Assembly (NCBI GenBank): GCA_030390025.1
Contig: CM059432.1
Coordinates: forward strand, 67,830,001-67,894,000
DNA from: Squalus acanthias
Taxonomy: Eukaryota
Direction of reading: 5' to 3'
DNA length: 64,000 nucleotides
Below, in pieces: positions 39,625 to 52,084 of this stretch (positions are counted from its first letter, which is position 1; each line of letters starts with the position of its first letter). The position numbers and the translations under genes were made by a program. Under the pieces are notes generated by a model. It did no database searches and was not told the origin of the DNA. It saw only the letters and a list, made by a program, of their open reading frames with translations.

Positions 39625-40492
39625 CGCGGTAAATACTGGCACATTCCCGGGGACCCCCCAGTAAATACTGACACACTCCCAGGGACCCCCTGTAAATACT
39701 GACACACTCCCGGGGACCCCCCAGTAAATACTGACACACTCCCGGGGACCCCCCAGTAAATACTGACACACTCCCGGGGACCCCCCAGTAAATACTGACA
39801 CACTCCGGGGGACCTCTTGTAAATACTGACACACTCCCGGGGAGCCCCCTGTAAATACTGACACACTCCCGGCGACCCCCCAGTAAATACTGACACACTC
39901 ACGGGGACCCCTTGTAAATACTGACACACTCCCAGGGACCCCCCAGTAAATACTGACACACTCCCAGGGACCCCTTGTAAATACTGACACACTCCCAGGG
40001 ACCCCCCAGTAAATATTGACACACTCCCAGGGACCCCCCAGTAAATACTGACACACTCCCAGGGACCCCTTGTAAATACTGACACACTCCCAGGGGCCCC
40101 CTGTAAATACTGACACACTCCCGGGGACCCCCAGTAAATAATGACACACTCCCGGGGGCCCCCAGTAAATAATGACACTCTCCCGGGGACCTCCCAGTAA
40201 ATACAGACACACTCCCGAGCACCCCCTGTAAATACTGACACACTCCCATGAACCCCCTGCAAATATTGATACACTCCCAGGGACCCCCAGTAAATACTGA
40301 CACACTCTCAGGGACCCCCTGTAAATACAGACACACTCCTGGGGACCCCCTGTAAATACTGACATACTCCCAGGGACCCCCTGTAAATACTGACACAATC
40401 ACAGGGATCCCCTGTAAATACTGACACACTCCCAGGGACCCCCTGTATACACTGACACACTCCCAGAGACCACCTGTAAATATTGATACACA
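39625..40492. repeat. Minisatellite, 31-32 bp unit, about 27 copies
   Basis: Unit GTAAATACTGACACACTCCC(G/A)GGGACCCCC(C)(A/T), head to tail. Confidence 0.97.
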
Positions 40493-40882
40493 GTGTTGTA
40501 GCTGTTCCAGTACAGCTACAACACTGGCATCTATCCGACAATGTGGAAAACTGCCCAGGTAAGTCCTGTCCAGAAAAAGCAGGACAACTCCAACCCGGCC
40601 AATTCCCACCCCATCAGTCTACTCTCAATCATCAGCAAAGTGATGGAAGGTGTCATCGACAGTGCTATCAAGCAGCACTTACTCACCAATAACCTGCTCA
40701 CTGATGCCCAGTTTGGGTTCCACCAAGACCACTCGGCTCCCGACCTCATTACAGCCTTGGACGAAACATGGACATAGGAGCTGAATTCCAGAGGTGAGGT
40801 GAGAGTGACTGCCCTTGACATCAAGGCTGCATTTGACCAAGTGTGGCATCAAGAGCCCTAGTAAAACTGAAGTCAATGGGAA
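40493..40882 (+). mobile_element. RT fragment of the second LINE family
   Basis: WKTAQVSPVQKK...PISLLSIISKVME...QFGF...LDIKAAFD. Confidence 0.85.
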
Positions 40883-41171
40883 TAGAAACATAGAAACATA
40901 GAAAAATAGGAGCAGGAGTAGGAGAGGCCAGTGTCGGGAGTGGAGAGAGCAGCAGCACAGTGAGTATTTAAACTCACTTTCGCGGGCTTTTTTCCAGAGG
41001 CCAGTGTCAGGAGTGGAGAGAGCAGCAGAACAGTGAGTAGTTAAACTCACTTTCGTGGAGTTTTTACACAGGCCAGTGTCGGGAAAGGGCCCTTGAGTAT
41101 ATCATTTAATTGAAGTGAAATTGGTGGGATTCATTTAATATAATTTTAATTAATTAATTAAAGGGTAAGTC

Positions 41172-42121
41172 ATGGCAGGAGAGCTCCACCCTGTGATATG
41201 CTCCTCCTGCTATATGTGGGAAATCAGGGATGCTTCCTGTGTCCCTGACGACCATGTGTGTGGGAAGTGTATCCAGCTGCAGCTAATGATAGACCGCATT
41301 GCGGCGCTGGAGCTGCGGATGGATGCATATTGGAGCAGTCGCGAAGCTGAGAACATCGTGGATAGCACGTTTAGCGAGTTGGTCACACCGCAGGTAAAGG
41401 GTGTACAGGCAGGAAGTGAATGGGTGACCACCAGGCAGAGTAAGAGGTGCAGGCAGGTAGTTCAAGGGTCCCCTGTGGCCATCCCCCTCTCAAACAGATA
41501 TACCACTTTGGATACTGTTGGGGGGATGACTTATCAGGGGAAGGCAGCAGCAGCCAACTTCCTGGCACCATGGGTGGCTCTGCTGCACAGGCTGGGAGGA
41601 AAAAGTGTGGAAGAGCTATAGTGATAGGGGACTCAATTGTAAGGGGAATAGATAGGTGTTTCTGCGGCCGCAAATGAGACTCCAGGATGGTGTGTTGCCT
41701 CCCTGGTGCAAGGGTCAAGGATGTCTCGGAGCAGCTACAGAACATTTTAAAGGGGGAGGGCGAACAGCCAGTTGTCGTGGTGCACATAGGCATCAACGAT
41801 ATAGGTAAAAAACGGGAGGAGGTCATAAAAGCAGAATATAGGGAGTTAGGAGGTAAATTAAAAAATAGGACCTCAAAGGTAGTAATCTCAGGATTGCTAC
41901 CAGTGCCACGTGCTAGTCAGAGTAGAAATAGGAGGATATTTCAAATGAATACGTGGCTAGAGGAATGGTGCAAGGGGGAGGGATTCAAATTCCTTGGACA
42001 TTGGAACCGGTTCTGGGGAAGGTGGGACCAGTACAAACGGGACGGTCTGCACCTGGGCAGGGCCGGGAACAATGTCCTAGGAAGAGTGTTTGCTAGTGCT
42101 GCTGGGGAGGGTTTAAACTAA
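41172..42121 (+). pseudogene. CR1 ORF1: zinc finger/leucine zipper plus SGNH esterase (frameshift and stop)
   Basis: CSSC...CGKC followed by heptad leucines; IVIGDSIVRG, VHIGINDIG and DGLHL blocks. Confidence 0.88.
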
Positions 42122-42819
42122 AGTGGCCGGGGGTTGAGAACCTGAGCAGGGAGACAGAGGAAACGGAAACAAGGATAAAAGCAAAAGACAGGAAGGAGAA
42201 AAACAAAAGTAGAAGGCAAAGAACGCAACGGTTTAAATCAAACATGGTCACAGTAAATAATAATTCATATAGGTCTGAGAGCGTTAAAAAAACAAGCCTG
42301 AAGGCTTTGGGGTAAAAATTCAGTTGGTTGCGCCTCCCGTTAGTGCCTTAAGAGGGCGCTAATGGGGCGCAAAGCCGCTAGCGCCCGGGCGCAGCGATGT
42401 TTGCGCTGCTCGGGAACTTAACTAGACATTGTGCGGCGGCGCTAAACCTTACCACTGCGACCACCTGCGCGCGCAGATTGTGACGTCATTCCATGGTGCA
42501 ACGCCCTTGTGGCGCCCTGGAGCGGAAATTGAGTAGCGCCCCCTGCCTTACCGCCTGGCGCATCCAACGACCGGAAGACTGGAACGCTATCAATCGCTGT
42601 GGGGCTGGGGGGGGCGCTATTTAAAGGGGGCCTCTTCCTGTCTTTTTCTGTGGTTGACATTTTTGCACCACTCGTTCTGAGAGAGAGAGAGAGATTCGGA
42701 GAGAGAGAAAGAGAGACTTCTGCATTGAGTCAACGCTTTGTGAGGTAGTTTTGCCTACTGATCCTAACTTCGCTGCTACTTTGGTTGCTGTCCTTCACAA
42801 CTTTGCTTGCAAAGAGACT

Positions 42820-43073
42820 ATGGGGGCTGCACTGATTGGGGGCGTCGTCCTGCTCCAGCTGAATCGGAGGACACAGAGACGCAGAGAGAGAGTGGCAATG
42901 ATGGCCAGACCCAGCCAATGCCACCAGGCCTTGGAGCACCACCAGAGGAGGAGGAGGAAGAGGAGGAAGAGGACGAGGAGGATGATCATCAGCAGCACCA
43001 AGGCGGGAGGGCGGCCCACAATGGTGAAACTGCAAGGGCCGTCCGTCAACGGCTGATAGCAAGCCGCTTCTAG
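42820..43073 (+). pseudogene. Remnant of Harbinger transposase (N- and C-termini only)
   Basis: MGAALIGG...RRTQRRRER joined to an acidic tract and ARAVRQRLIASRF*; no DDE motifs. Confidence 0.55.
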
Positions 43074-43385
43074 GGCCCCTGCTGTGGAAATGGCTTCTGC
43101 CATTGCTAACAACATCAATGAACCCAGCACGCAACCCCTAAGCCGGCCAAGGCACCAATGATTCCAAACACGAAACATGTATATTTTGAATACAAAAACT
43201 TATTTATTTTACAAACTCTGTGTGTGTCATTTCCTCATGACAAACTCATAGAAATAAACACAAAAAAACAGTCATTAACATAACTGGTTCCCACAACCTG
43301 GAGATAATGTCCAAAACACTAGACAAAAGTTGGACCACGAACCTCGGCCTTTAATAAAAAAATGACCAGCATTTTGTCACACCTC

Positions 43386-45258
43386 CTACTTTTTGCCCTT
43401 CGAGGGTGATCTCCTTCCCTTGCGCACTTCCCCCCTTCTAATCCTACTGCTCCTCCGTAATGGGACCTCAGTGGCTGCAGCAAGGCTGGTGGAAGGCTGC
43501 TGATCTTTAGACCCTGACACTGCAGATGCCCCTGAAGGACGGCCTCGACCAGTTCTGGGCCTGGAGGGCCCGGCTGCAGACTGCACCAACTCTGCATGGG
43601 CGGCAGCAGTCTGTCCTACAGGCGGTGGCAAGTGCAGTGGAGAAGTGACAGTGTTGGCAGCAGGAATGCTGTCATCGTGAGAGAGGACAGCAACTCCCTG
43701 CTCGCCCGACACACTGGCACTCCCACGGGGCAGCACTTCAGCATCCGGAGCAATCTGCTGGAGCACAGATTGCTGGCCTGCTGCGGCGCGGTGACAGCCC
43801 CGGGGACATGTGAATGAACCATCGAGGTTGGCAGCAGTCAGTGCTCGCGTGGCCTCAATCTGAGTCTGCATGAGAGCAGTCAGAGATGGGATCACGGCAG
43901 TCAGTGACTGAATTGCAGCACTAAGTGTTAGTGTGGCATCCGCCTGTGCTACAGCGAAGTGCTCCACACTCCTTGCCAGTGACTCAATTCATTCGGGCAC
44001 CCTTCCCACTGCACCCATGAGCTCAGTGTGCATGCCCACCGCCTGGGTGTTCATTTCTGCGATCAGCTGCTCCTCCTCTGCGTCCATTGCAGTAGGAGTG
44101 TCTGGCATACTCTCCCTCTGGGGAGAAAGCCCCCGTTCTTCCCTACCCCCATGGTGTTGCTGCAGCCTGCTGGGTCCTGGAGCTTCACCCTCATCAGACC
44201 CATCCCCCTGCTCCCCTCCAGGGAAGGCGTGTTCCCAGTGTGGGCATGGGCTTCCTCGGAAGAGGGTGGCACTGATGCTCCGGCTTCCTCTTCCTCCTCG
44301 GCTGCAGCTTCACTCCCACTGGCAGCTTCAGGGCCCGTCTCCTCAGCTGATGAATCACCATCTGAAAGCAGGGAGGTACAAGAGTGGCTTTAGCGTGAGG
44401 ACCAGGGGGCAGTAAGGGAGGAATAAGTGCAGCGAGTTAGCAAGTTGGATTGAAAGTGTCAAAGGCTGGTGTTGTGAGGGACAAGTGGAAGGACAGAGGA
44501 CAAAAAGGTGATGACCTTACCATTGCTGTCCACAACGGGGTCGGCGTCTCCAGTGGCGACGGGACCGATCACCCGGCTTGCCACAATCCTGTGGACGCGC
44601 TCCTCAAGATCGCTGAGGGGTTGCAGCTGAGGCCGCCCTCCACCTGTCCGTTGCTGCTGTCTCCTATTATGCGCCAGCTTGGCCTGCAAGAAAAAGGACA
44701 GCATCTGAGTAAATATACAGCCATGGTCTTGCCTGATGTGCCTCCCATAGGTGAGTAGCCCTTACTGTATACAGCCATGGTCTTGCCTGATGTGCCTCCC
44801 ATAGGTGAATAGCCCTTACTGTATGCAGCCATGGTCTTGCCTGATGTGCCTCCCATAGGTGAATAGCCCTTACTGTATGAAAAGTGTGGAATGTGTGTGT
44901 GTGTTTCATGAAAGGGCCATAGGTGTTGGATGAGTGTTGTGCATTGGGGTTTCAAGACCCTCTGGCCATAGAGTGAGGTTGAGATGGAGGGATGGAGAGG
45001 TATTGAGAAAAAGCCACACACCCTGACGACCCGAGTGAGGTCGTTGAACTTTTTGCGGCATTGAACATGGGTCCTGGGCACCATGCTCCTGGAGGAGATG
45101 CTCTGAGCCACCTCCCTCCACACTCTTCTGTACTCGCATGGCAAAGGCCTCCTGCCACTCTCAGGGAAGAGTATACATCTTCTGCGCTCCACCGTGCCAA
45201 CCAGAGCATCCAAGGCCCGCTCGGTGAAGCGCTGAGCTCGTTCTCTCACCCTCTCCAT
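43386..45258 (-). pseudogene. Three-exon Harbinger Myb/SANT-like gene
   Basis: Exons 45258-45022, 44683-44521 and 44361-43386 with phase-compatible GT-AG introns. RAQRFTERALDALV...VWREVA...QCRKKFNDL. Exon 3 has one frameshift and one stop. Confidence 0.82.
44716..44877. repeat. 54-bp tandem repeat x3 in intron 1 of the Myb gene
   Basis: CAGCCATGGTCTTGCCTGATG recurs at 44718, 44772 and 44826. Confidence 0.95.
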
Positions 45259-45619
45259 CCTTGGCAGCAAAATGGATTCACAGGTCTCTCCAGGCCGAGA
45301 TTCAAGGCTGCAATGAGCAGGGTGTGGCTGGGGAGCAAGTTGCCCCCCCCCCGCTTTAAGAACTGGCCAGCGCCAGTGTGTATGTGTTCCCTCGCTAACT
45401 GGTAGCACCTGCGCTGCGCTTGCGCGCTGAGTTAGCACCTCACTGCTCGGCCTTTGCGCCTTAAGACAGGTGTGCAGCGCCTGATTTAGCGCTCCACTCA
45501 CCTCCCGGGGCAGTAAAAGTGAAGTTTCCAGTCAGTGGCGATAATTAGCGCCAGGCGCTAATATTTGTGTCCAGACGATATTTGCGCCCCAAACGGGGCG
45601 CGACCTAATTTTTCCCCCT

Positions 45620-48400
45620 TTGTGTCTTAATGCAAGGAGCATTCGGATCAAGGTGGATGAATTAGCTGCGCAAATAAAGGGAAATGAATACGATTTGATT
45701 GGGATTACAGAAACATGGCTCCAGGGTGGCCAAGGCTGGGAACTCAACATCCAGGGGTATTCAATATTTAGGAAAGATAGGCAAAAAAGAAAGGGAGGTG
45801 GGGTAGCATTGCTGGTTAAAGAGGGGATTAACACAATTGAAAAGAAGGATATTAGCTCTGATGATGCGGAATCTGTATGGGTAGAACTGAGAAATAACAA
45901 GGGGCAGAAAACGTTCGTGGGAGTGGTATATAGACGTCCAAACAGTAATACGGAGGTTGGGGATGGCATTAAAAAGGAAATTAGAGAAGCATGCAGTAAG
46001 GGCACAGCAGTTATCATGGGTGACTTTAATTTACATATAGATTGGGCTCACCAAATTAGTAAAAATACTGTGGAGGAGGAATTCCTAGAATGTTTACGGG
46101 ATGGTTTTCTGGAACAATATGTCGAGGAACCAACCAGAGATCAGGCCATCTTAGACTGGGTATTATGTAATGAGAAAGGATTAATTACCAATCTTGTTGT
46201 ATGAGGCCCCTTGGGTCAGAGTGATCATAATATGATAGAATTCTTCATTAGGATGGAGAGTGAAGCAGTTGAATCAGAGACTAGGGTCCTGAATTTAAAT
46301 AAAGGAAACTACGATGGTATGAGACGCGAATTGGGTAGGATTGATTGGGGAATGTCACTCAAAGGGTTGACGGTGGATAGGCAATGGCAAACATTCAAAG
46401 ACTGCATGGATGAACTACAGAATTTGTTCATCCCAGTGTGGCATAAGAATAAAACAAAAAGGGTGACTCAACCGTGGCTAACAAGGGAAATTAGGAATAG
46501 CATAAGATCCAAGGAGAGGGCATATAAATTGGCCAGAAAAAGCGGCAACCCTGAGGATTGGGAACAGTTTAGGATTCAACAAAGGAGGACAAAGGGATTA
46601 ATTAAGAAGGGGAAAATAGAAAATGAAAGTAAGCTTGCAAGGAACATAAAAACTGACTGTAAGAGCTTTTATAGATATGGGAAGAGAAAAAGATAAGTGA
46701 AATCAAGTGTAGGTCCCTTGCAGTCAGAAGCGGGGGAATTTATAATGGGGAACAAAGAAATGGCAGACCAATTAAATGCATATTTTGGTTCTGTCTTCAC
46801 AAAGGAGGACACAAATAACTTCCCAGAGATGTTGGAGAACATACAGTCTGATGAAAGGGAGGAACTGAAAGAAATCAGTATTCGCAGGGAAATGGTGTTA
46901 GGGAAATTGACGGGATTGAAGGCCGATAAATCCCCAGGGCCTGATAATCTACATCCTAGGGTACTTAAGGAAGTGGCCCTAGAAATAGTAGATGCATTGC
47001 TGATCATCTTCCAACATTCGATGGAATCTGGAACTGTACCCATGGATTGGAGGGTAGCTAATGTTACCCCACTATTCAAAAAGGGTGGTAGAGAGAAAGC
47101 GGGGAATTACATCGGTAGTGGGGAAAATGCTAGAGTCCATTATAAAGGATGTAATAGCTGAGCACTTGAAAAACAGTGACAGGATCGGACAAAGTCAACA
47201 TGGATTTACAAAAGGTAAATCGTGCATGACTAATCTACTGGAATTTTTTGAGGTTGTAACTGGGAAAATAGATAAGGGAGAATCAGTAGATGTGGTGTAT
47301 TTGGACTTTCAAAAGGCTTTCGATAAGGTCCCGCATAAGAGATTAGCATGTAAAGTTAAGGCACATGGGATTGGGGGCAAGGTATTGACTTGGATAGAGA
47401 ACTGGTTGGCGGACAGAAAGCAGAGAGTAGGAATTAATGGGTCTTTTTCCGAGTGGCAGGCAGTGACTAGTGGGGTACCGCAGGGATCGGTCCTTGGACC
47501 CCAGCTATTCACAATATACATTAATGATCTAGATAAGGGAACTAAATGTAATATCTCCAAGTTTGCAGATGACACAAAGCTGGGTGGGCGTCTGTGCTGC
47601 AAGGAGGATACTGAGAAACTCCAGGATGATCTGGACAGGTTGGGTGAGTGGGCAGAAGCGTGGCAGATGCAATATAACGTGGATAAATGCGAGGTTATCC
47701 ACTTTGGTGTCAAAAACAGAAAGGCAGAGTATTATCTGAATGGCAATAGATTGGGAGAAGGGGAAGTGCAACGAGACCTGGGTGTCCTTGTGCACCAGTC
47801 GCTGAAGGTAAGCATGCAGGTGCAGCAGGCGGTGAAGAAGGCAAATGGTATGTTGGCCTTCATAGCGAAAGGGTTTGAGTATAGAACAGGGATGTCCTGC
47901 TGCAGTTGTACAGGGCCTTGGTGAGACCACATCTTGAGTACTGTGTGCAGTTTTGTTCGCCTTATCTGAGGAAGGAGGTTCTTGCCATGGAAGGAGTTCA
48001 GCGAAGATTCACAAGGCTGATACTGGGATGGCAGGAATGACATATGAGGAGAGATTGGGTCGATTGGGCTTATACTCGCTGGAGTATAGAAGAATGAGAG
48101 GCGATCTCATCGAAACATATAAAATTCTGACAGGTCTGGACAAACTAGATGCAGGAAGAATGTTCCTGATGGTCGGAGAGTCCAGAACCAGGGGTCATAA
48201 TCTAAGGATAAGGGGTAAGCCATTTAGAACAGAAATGAGGAAGAATTTCTTCACCCAGTGAGTGGTGAACCTGTGGAATTCTCTACCACAGAAGGTAGTT
48301 GAGGCCAAGTCATTAAATATATTCAAGAATGAGTTAGATATATTTCTTAAAGCTAAAGGTATCAAGTGATATGGGGAGAAGGCAGGTACAGGGTACTGAG
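45620..48400 (+). pseudogene. CR1 ORF2 (APE endonuclease and reverse transcriptase), several stops and frameshifts
   Basis: LNARSI, GITETW, GDFN, SDHN, LDFQKAFD, PQGSVLGP and FADD motifs. Confidence 0.95.
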
Positions 48401-49013
48401 TTTGGATTATCAGCCATGATCTCATTGAATGGCGGAACAGGCTCGAGGGGCCGAATGGCCTACTCCTGCTCCTATCTCCTATGTTTCTATGTTTCTATGA
48501 TCCTCTATCTCAATACCATATTCCCACTCTCTCCCCTTACCCCTTGATGCCTTTTGTTTCTAGAAATCTATCTATCTCCTTCTTAAATATATTCAGTGAC
48601 TTGGCCTCCACAGCCTTCTGTGGTAGAGAATTCCATAGGTTCACCACCCTCTGAGTGAAGATATTTCTCCTCATCTCAGTCCTAAATGCCCTACCCCGTT
48701 TCCTGAAACTGTGACCCCTCGTTCTTGAACCCCCAGCCAGGGGAAACATCCTCCCTGCATCCAGTCTGTCTAGCCCTGTCAGAATTTTATACGTTTCAAT
48801 GAGATCCCCTCTCATTCTTCTAAACTCTAGTGAATACAGGCCTAGTCGACCCAATCTCTCCTCATACGACAGTCCTGCCTTCCCAGGAATCAGTCTGGTG
48901 AACCTTCGCTGCACTCCCTCTATGGCAAGTATATCCTTTCTTAGGTAAGGAGAACAAAACTGCACACAGTACTCCAGGTGTGGTCTCACCAAGGCCCTGT
49001 ATAACTGTAGTAA

Positions 49014-50225
49014 CTTGATGCTACCTACGGACACCTACGGACGCTGAAAAACGCCCTCGTAAGAACGGGATATGACGCTCGACTCATCGATCGACAGTTC
49101 TGACGGGCCACAGCGAAAAATCGCATAGACCTCCTCAGAAGGCAAACACGGGACACAACCAACAGGGTACCCTACGTCGTCCAGTATTTCCCCGGAGCGG
49201 AGAAACTACGCCATGTTCTTCGCAGCCTTCAACATGTCATCGATGACGACAAACACCTCGCTAAGGCCATCCCCACGCCTCCACTACTTGCCTTCAAACA
49301 GCCGCCTAACCTCAGAAGTACCATCGTTCGCAGCAAATTACCCAGCTTTCAGGATAACAGCGACCACGACACCACACAACCCTGCCATGGCAAACTCTGC
49401 AAGACATGCCAGATCATCAACACAGATACCACCATCACACGTGAGGACACTACCCACCAGGTACATGGTACATACTCATGTGACTCGGCCAACGTTGTCT
49501 ACCTCATACGTTGCAGGAAAGAATGCACCGCGGCATGGTACATCGGCGAGACCATGCAGACACTGAGACAACGTATGAACGAGCACCGCGCAACAATCGC
49601 CAGGCAGGATTGTTACCTCCCAGTCGGGGAACACTTCAGCAGTCAAGGACATTCAGCCTCGGATCTGCGGGTAAGCGTTCTCCAAGGCAACCTTAGAAAC
49701 ACACGACAACGCAAAATCATCGAGCAGAAACTGATAGCCAAGTTCCGCACTCATGAAGACGGTCTCAACCGGGATCTTGGGTTTATGTCACGATACATGA
49801 CGTGATCCGGACTCGAGTCATCGTTGGCTTGTTCACAGATGTGATTCCCAGTAAAAAAGTAAAAATTTTCCCAGTAAAAAAGTAAAAATTTTAAAGCTTT
49901 TCGTTTTACATACAGACGGCAGCTTTTGACACGTTAGAACCCCTGCGACTACACCTCATTGTCTCAGTTGTATCTTGCTATGTCTTTGATGTGGTACCTT
50001 CCTGGCTGACTTGATTAACTTTATCACACCTCGGCAGATAGTCAGGATGATTTAATTTAGTGGTCTGCAATTGTAAGGTACACATGCTTTGTTCTCTATC
50101 TATATATGCTTTGGCGATTCTGTATCTAATTTACTTCACCTGAGGAAGGAGCAATCGATAGCTCCGAAAGCTTGTGATTTCAAATAAAACTGTTGGACTA
50201 TAACCTGGTGTTGTGCGACCTCTCA
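49014..50225 (+). mobile_element. Penelope-like retroelement, 5'-truncated (GIY-YIG)
   Basis: NVVYLIRC...WYIGETMQTLRQRMNEH...GLNRDLG; 13-bp TSD ATAACTGTAGTAA at 49001-49013 and 50226-50238. Confidence 0.9.
50136..50177 (+). ncRNA. Minimal type I hammerhead ribozyme
   Basis: tcac-CTGAGGA-aggagc...gctcc-GAAA-gctt-gtga at the 3' end of the Penelope-like element. Confidence 0.75.
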
Positions 50226-52084
50226 ATAACTGTAGTAAGACATCCTTGCTCCTGTACTTAAATCCTCTTGCAATGAAGCCCAACATACCATTTGCCTTCC
50301 TAACTGCTTGCTGCACCTGCATGTTTGCTTTCAGTGACTGGTGTACAAGGACACCCAGGTCCCTTTGTACATCAACATTTCCCAATCTATCACCATTTAA
50401 ATAATACTCTGCCTTTCTGTTTTTCCTACCAAAGTGGATAACTTCACATTTATCCACGTTATACTGCATCTGCCATGTATTTGCCCACTCACTCAAATTG
50501 TCTAAATCGCTTTGAAGCCTCTTTGCACCCTCCTCACAACTCACAATCCCACCTAGTTTTGTGTCGTCAGCAAACTTGGAAATATTACATTTGGTTCCCT
50601 CATCCAAATCATTGATATATATTGTGAATAGCTGGGGCCCAAGCACTGATCCCTGCGGTACCCCACTAGTTACCACCTGCCACCCCGAAAAAGACCCATT
50701 TATTCCTACTCTCTGTTTCCTGTCTGTTAACCAATTTTCAATCCATGCCAGTATATTACCCCAATCCCATGTGCTTTAATTGTGCACACTAACCTCTTAT
50801 GTGGGACTTTATCAAAGGCCTTCTTAAAATCCAAATACACCACATCCACTACCATGTTGACTTTGTCTAATCCCGTTGATATTTTCTAAGTATCCTGTTA
50901 TCACATCCTTTATAATAGACTCTAGCATTTTCCCTACTACTGATTTTCGGCTTGGTAGTTCCCTGTTTTCTCTCTTCCTCCTTTTTTAAATAATGGGGTT
51001 GCATTTGCCACCCTCCAATCTGCAGGAACTGTTCCATAATCTATAGAATTTTGGAAGATGACAACCAATGCATCCACTATTTCCATGGCTACCTCTTTTA
51101 GTACTCTGGGATGCAGATTATCAGGCCCTGGGGATTTTTTGGCTTTTAGTCCCATTAATTTCTCCAGCACTATTTTTTTACTAATACTAATTTCCTTTAA
51201 TTCCTCCTTCTCACTAGACCCTTGGTTCCCTAGCATTTCTGGGAAGTTATTTGTGTCCTCTTCCATGAAGACAGAACCAAAGTATTTGTTTAACTGCTCT
51301 GCCATTTCCTTGTTCCCCATTATAAATTCTCCCGTTTCTGACTGTAAGGGATCTACATTTGTCTTCACTAATCTTTTTCTTTTTACATACTTGTAGAAGC
51401 TTTTACAGTCCACTTTTATGTTCCTTGCAAGTTTACTCTCATACTCTATTTTTCCCCTCTTAATCAATCTCTTGGTCCTTTTTTGTTGAATTCTAAACTG
51501 CTCCCAATCCTCAGGCTTGCTACTTTTTCTGACAACTTTATATGACTCCTCTTTGGATCTAATACTATCCTTAATTTCTTTTGTTAGCCATTGTTGGGCC
51601 GCTTTTCCTTTTGTGTTTTTGCGCCAGAAAGGAATGTATAACTGTTGCAATTCATGCATAAGTTCCTTAAATGTTAACCATTGCCTATCCACCGTCATGC
51701 CTTTTAATGAAGCTCCCCAACCTATCATCACCAACTCCCTCCTCATACCTTTGTAGTTTCCTTTGTTTAGATTTAGGACCCTAGTTTCAGATTGGATTAC
51801 TTCACTTTCCATCTTAATGAAGAATTCTATCATGTTATGGTCACTCTTCCCTAAAGGACCCTGCACAACAAGATTATTAATTAACTCCTTCTCATTGCAC
51901 AATACCCAATCTAGGATAGCCTGTTCCCTAGTTGGCTCCTCAATGTACTGGTCTAAAAAACCATCTCGTACACACTCCAGGAATTCATCCTCCACAGTAT
52001 TATTGCTAATTTGGTTTGGCCAGTCTATATGTAGATTAAAGTCACCCATGATTACCGTAGTACCCTTGTTACATGCATCTCTAA

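Larger units (their letters stand above)
42309..45618. mobile_element. Non-autonomous PIF/Harbinger transposon (Myb gene retained, transposase core deleted)
   Basis: TIRs GGGGTAAAAATT / AATTTTTCCCCC, TSD TTT. The empty site restores CR1 ORF2 SLKALCLNAR. Confidence 0.9.
40922..48498 (+). mobile_element. Near full-length CR1 LINE (5' UTR, ORF1, ORF2, tail), split by a Harbinger element
   Basis: 73-bp 5' UTR repeats, ORF1 at 41172-42121, APE-RT at 45620-48400, TGTTTCTA-repeat tail. Confidence 0.93.

Noticed and set aside
39547..40609. Long minus-strand ORFs (up to 283 aa) of repetitive Cys/Gly/Val peptide
   Set aside because: They are by-products of the minisatellite and are open in several frames. 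The array is also not CRISPR, since it has no unique spacers.
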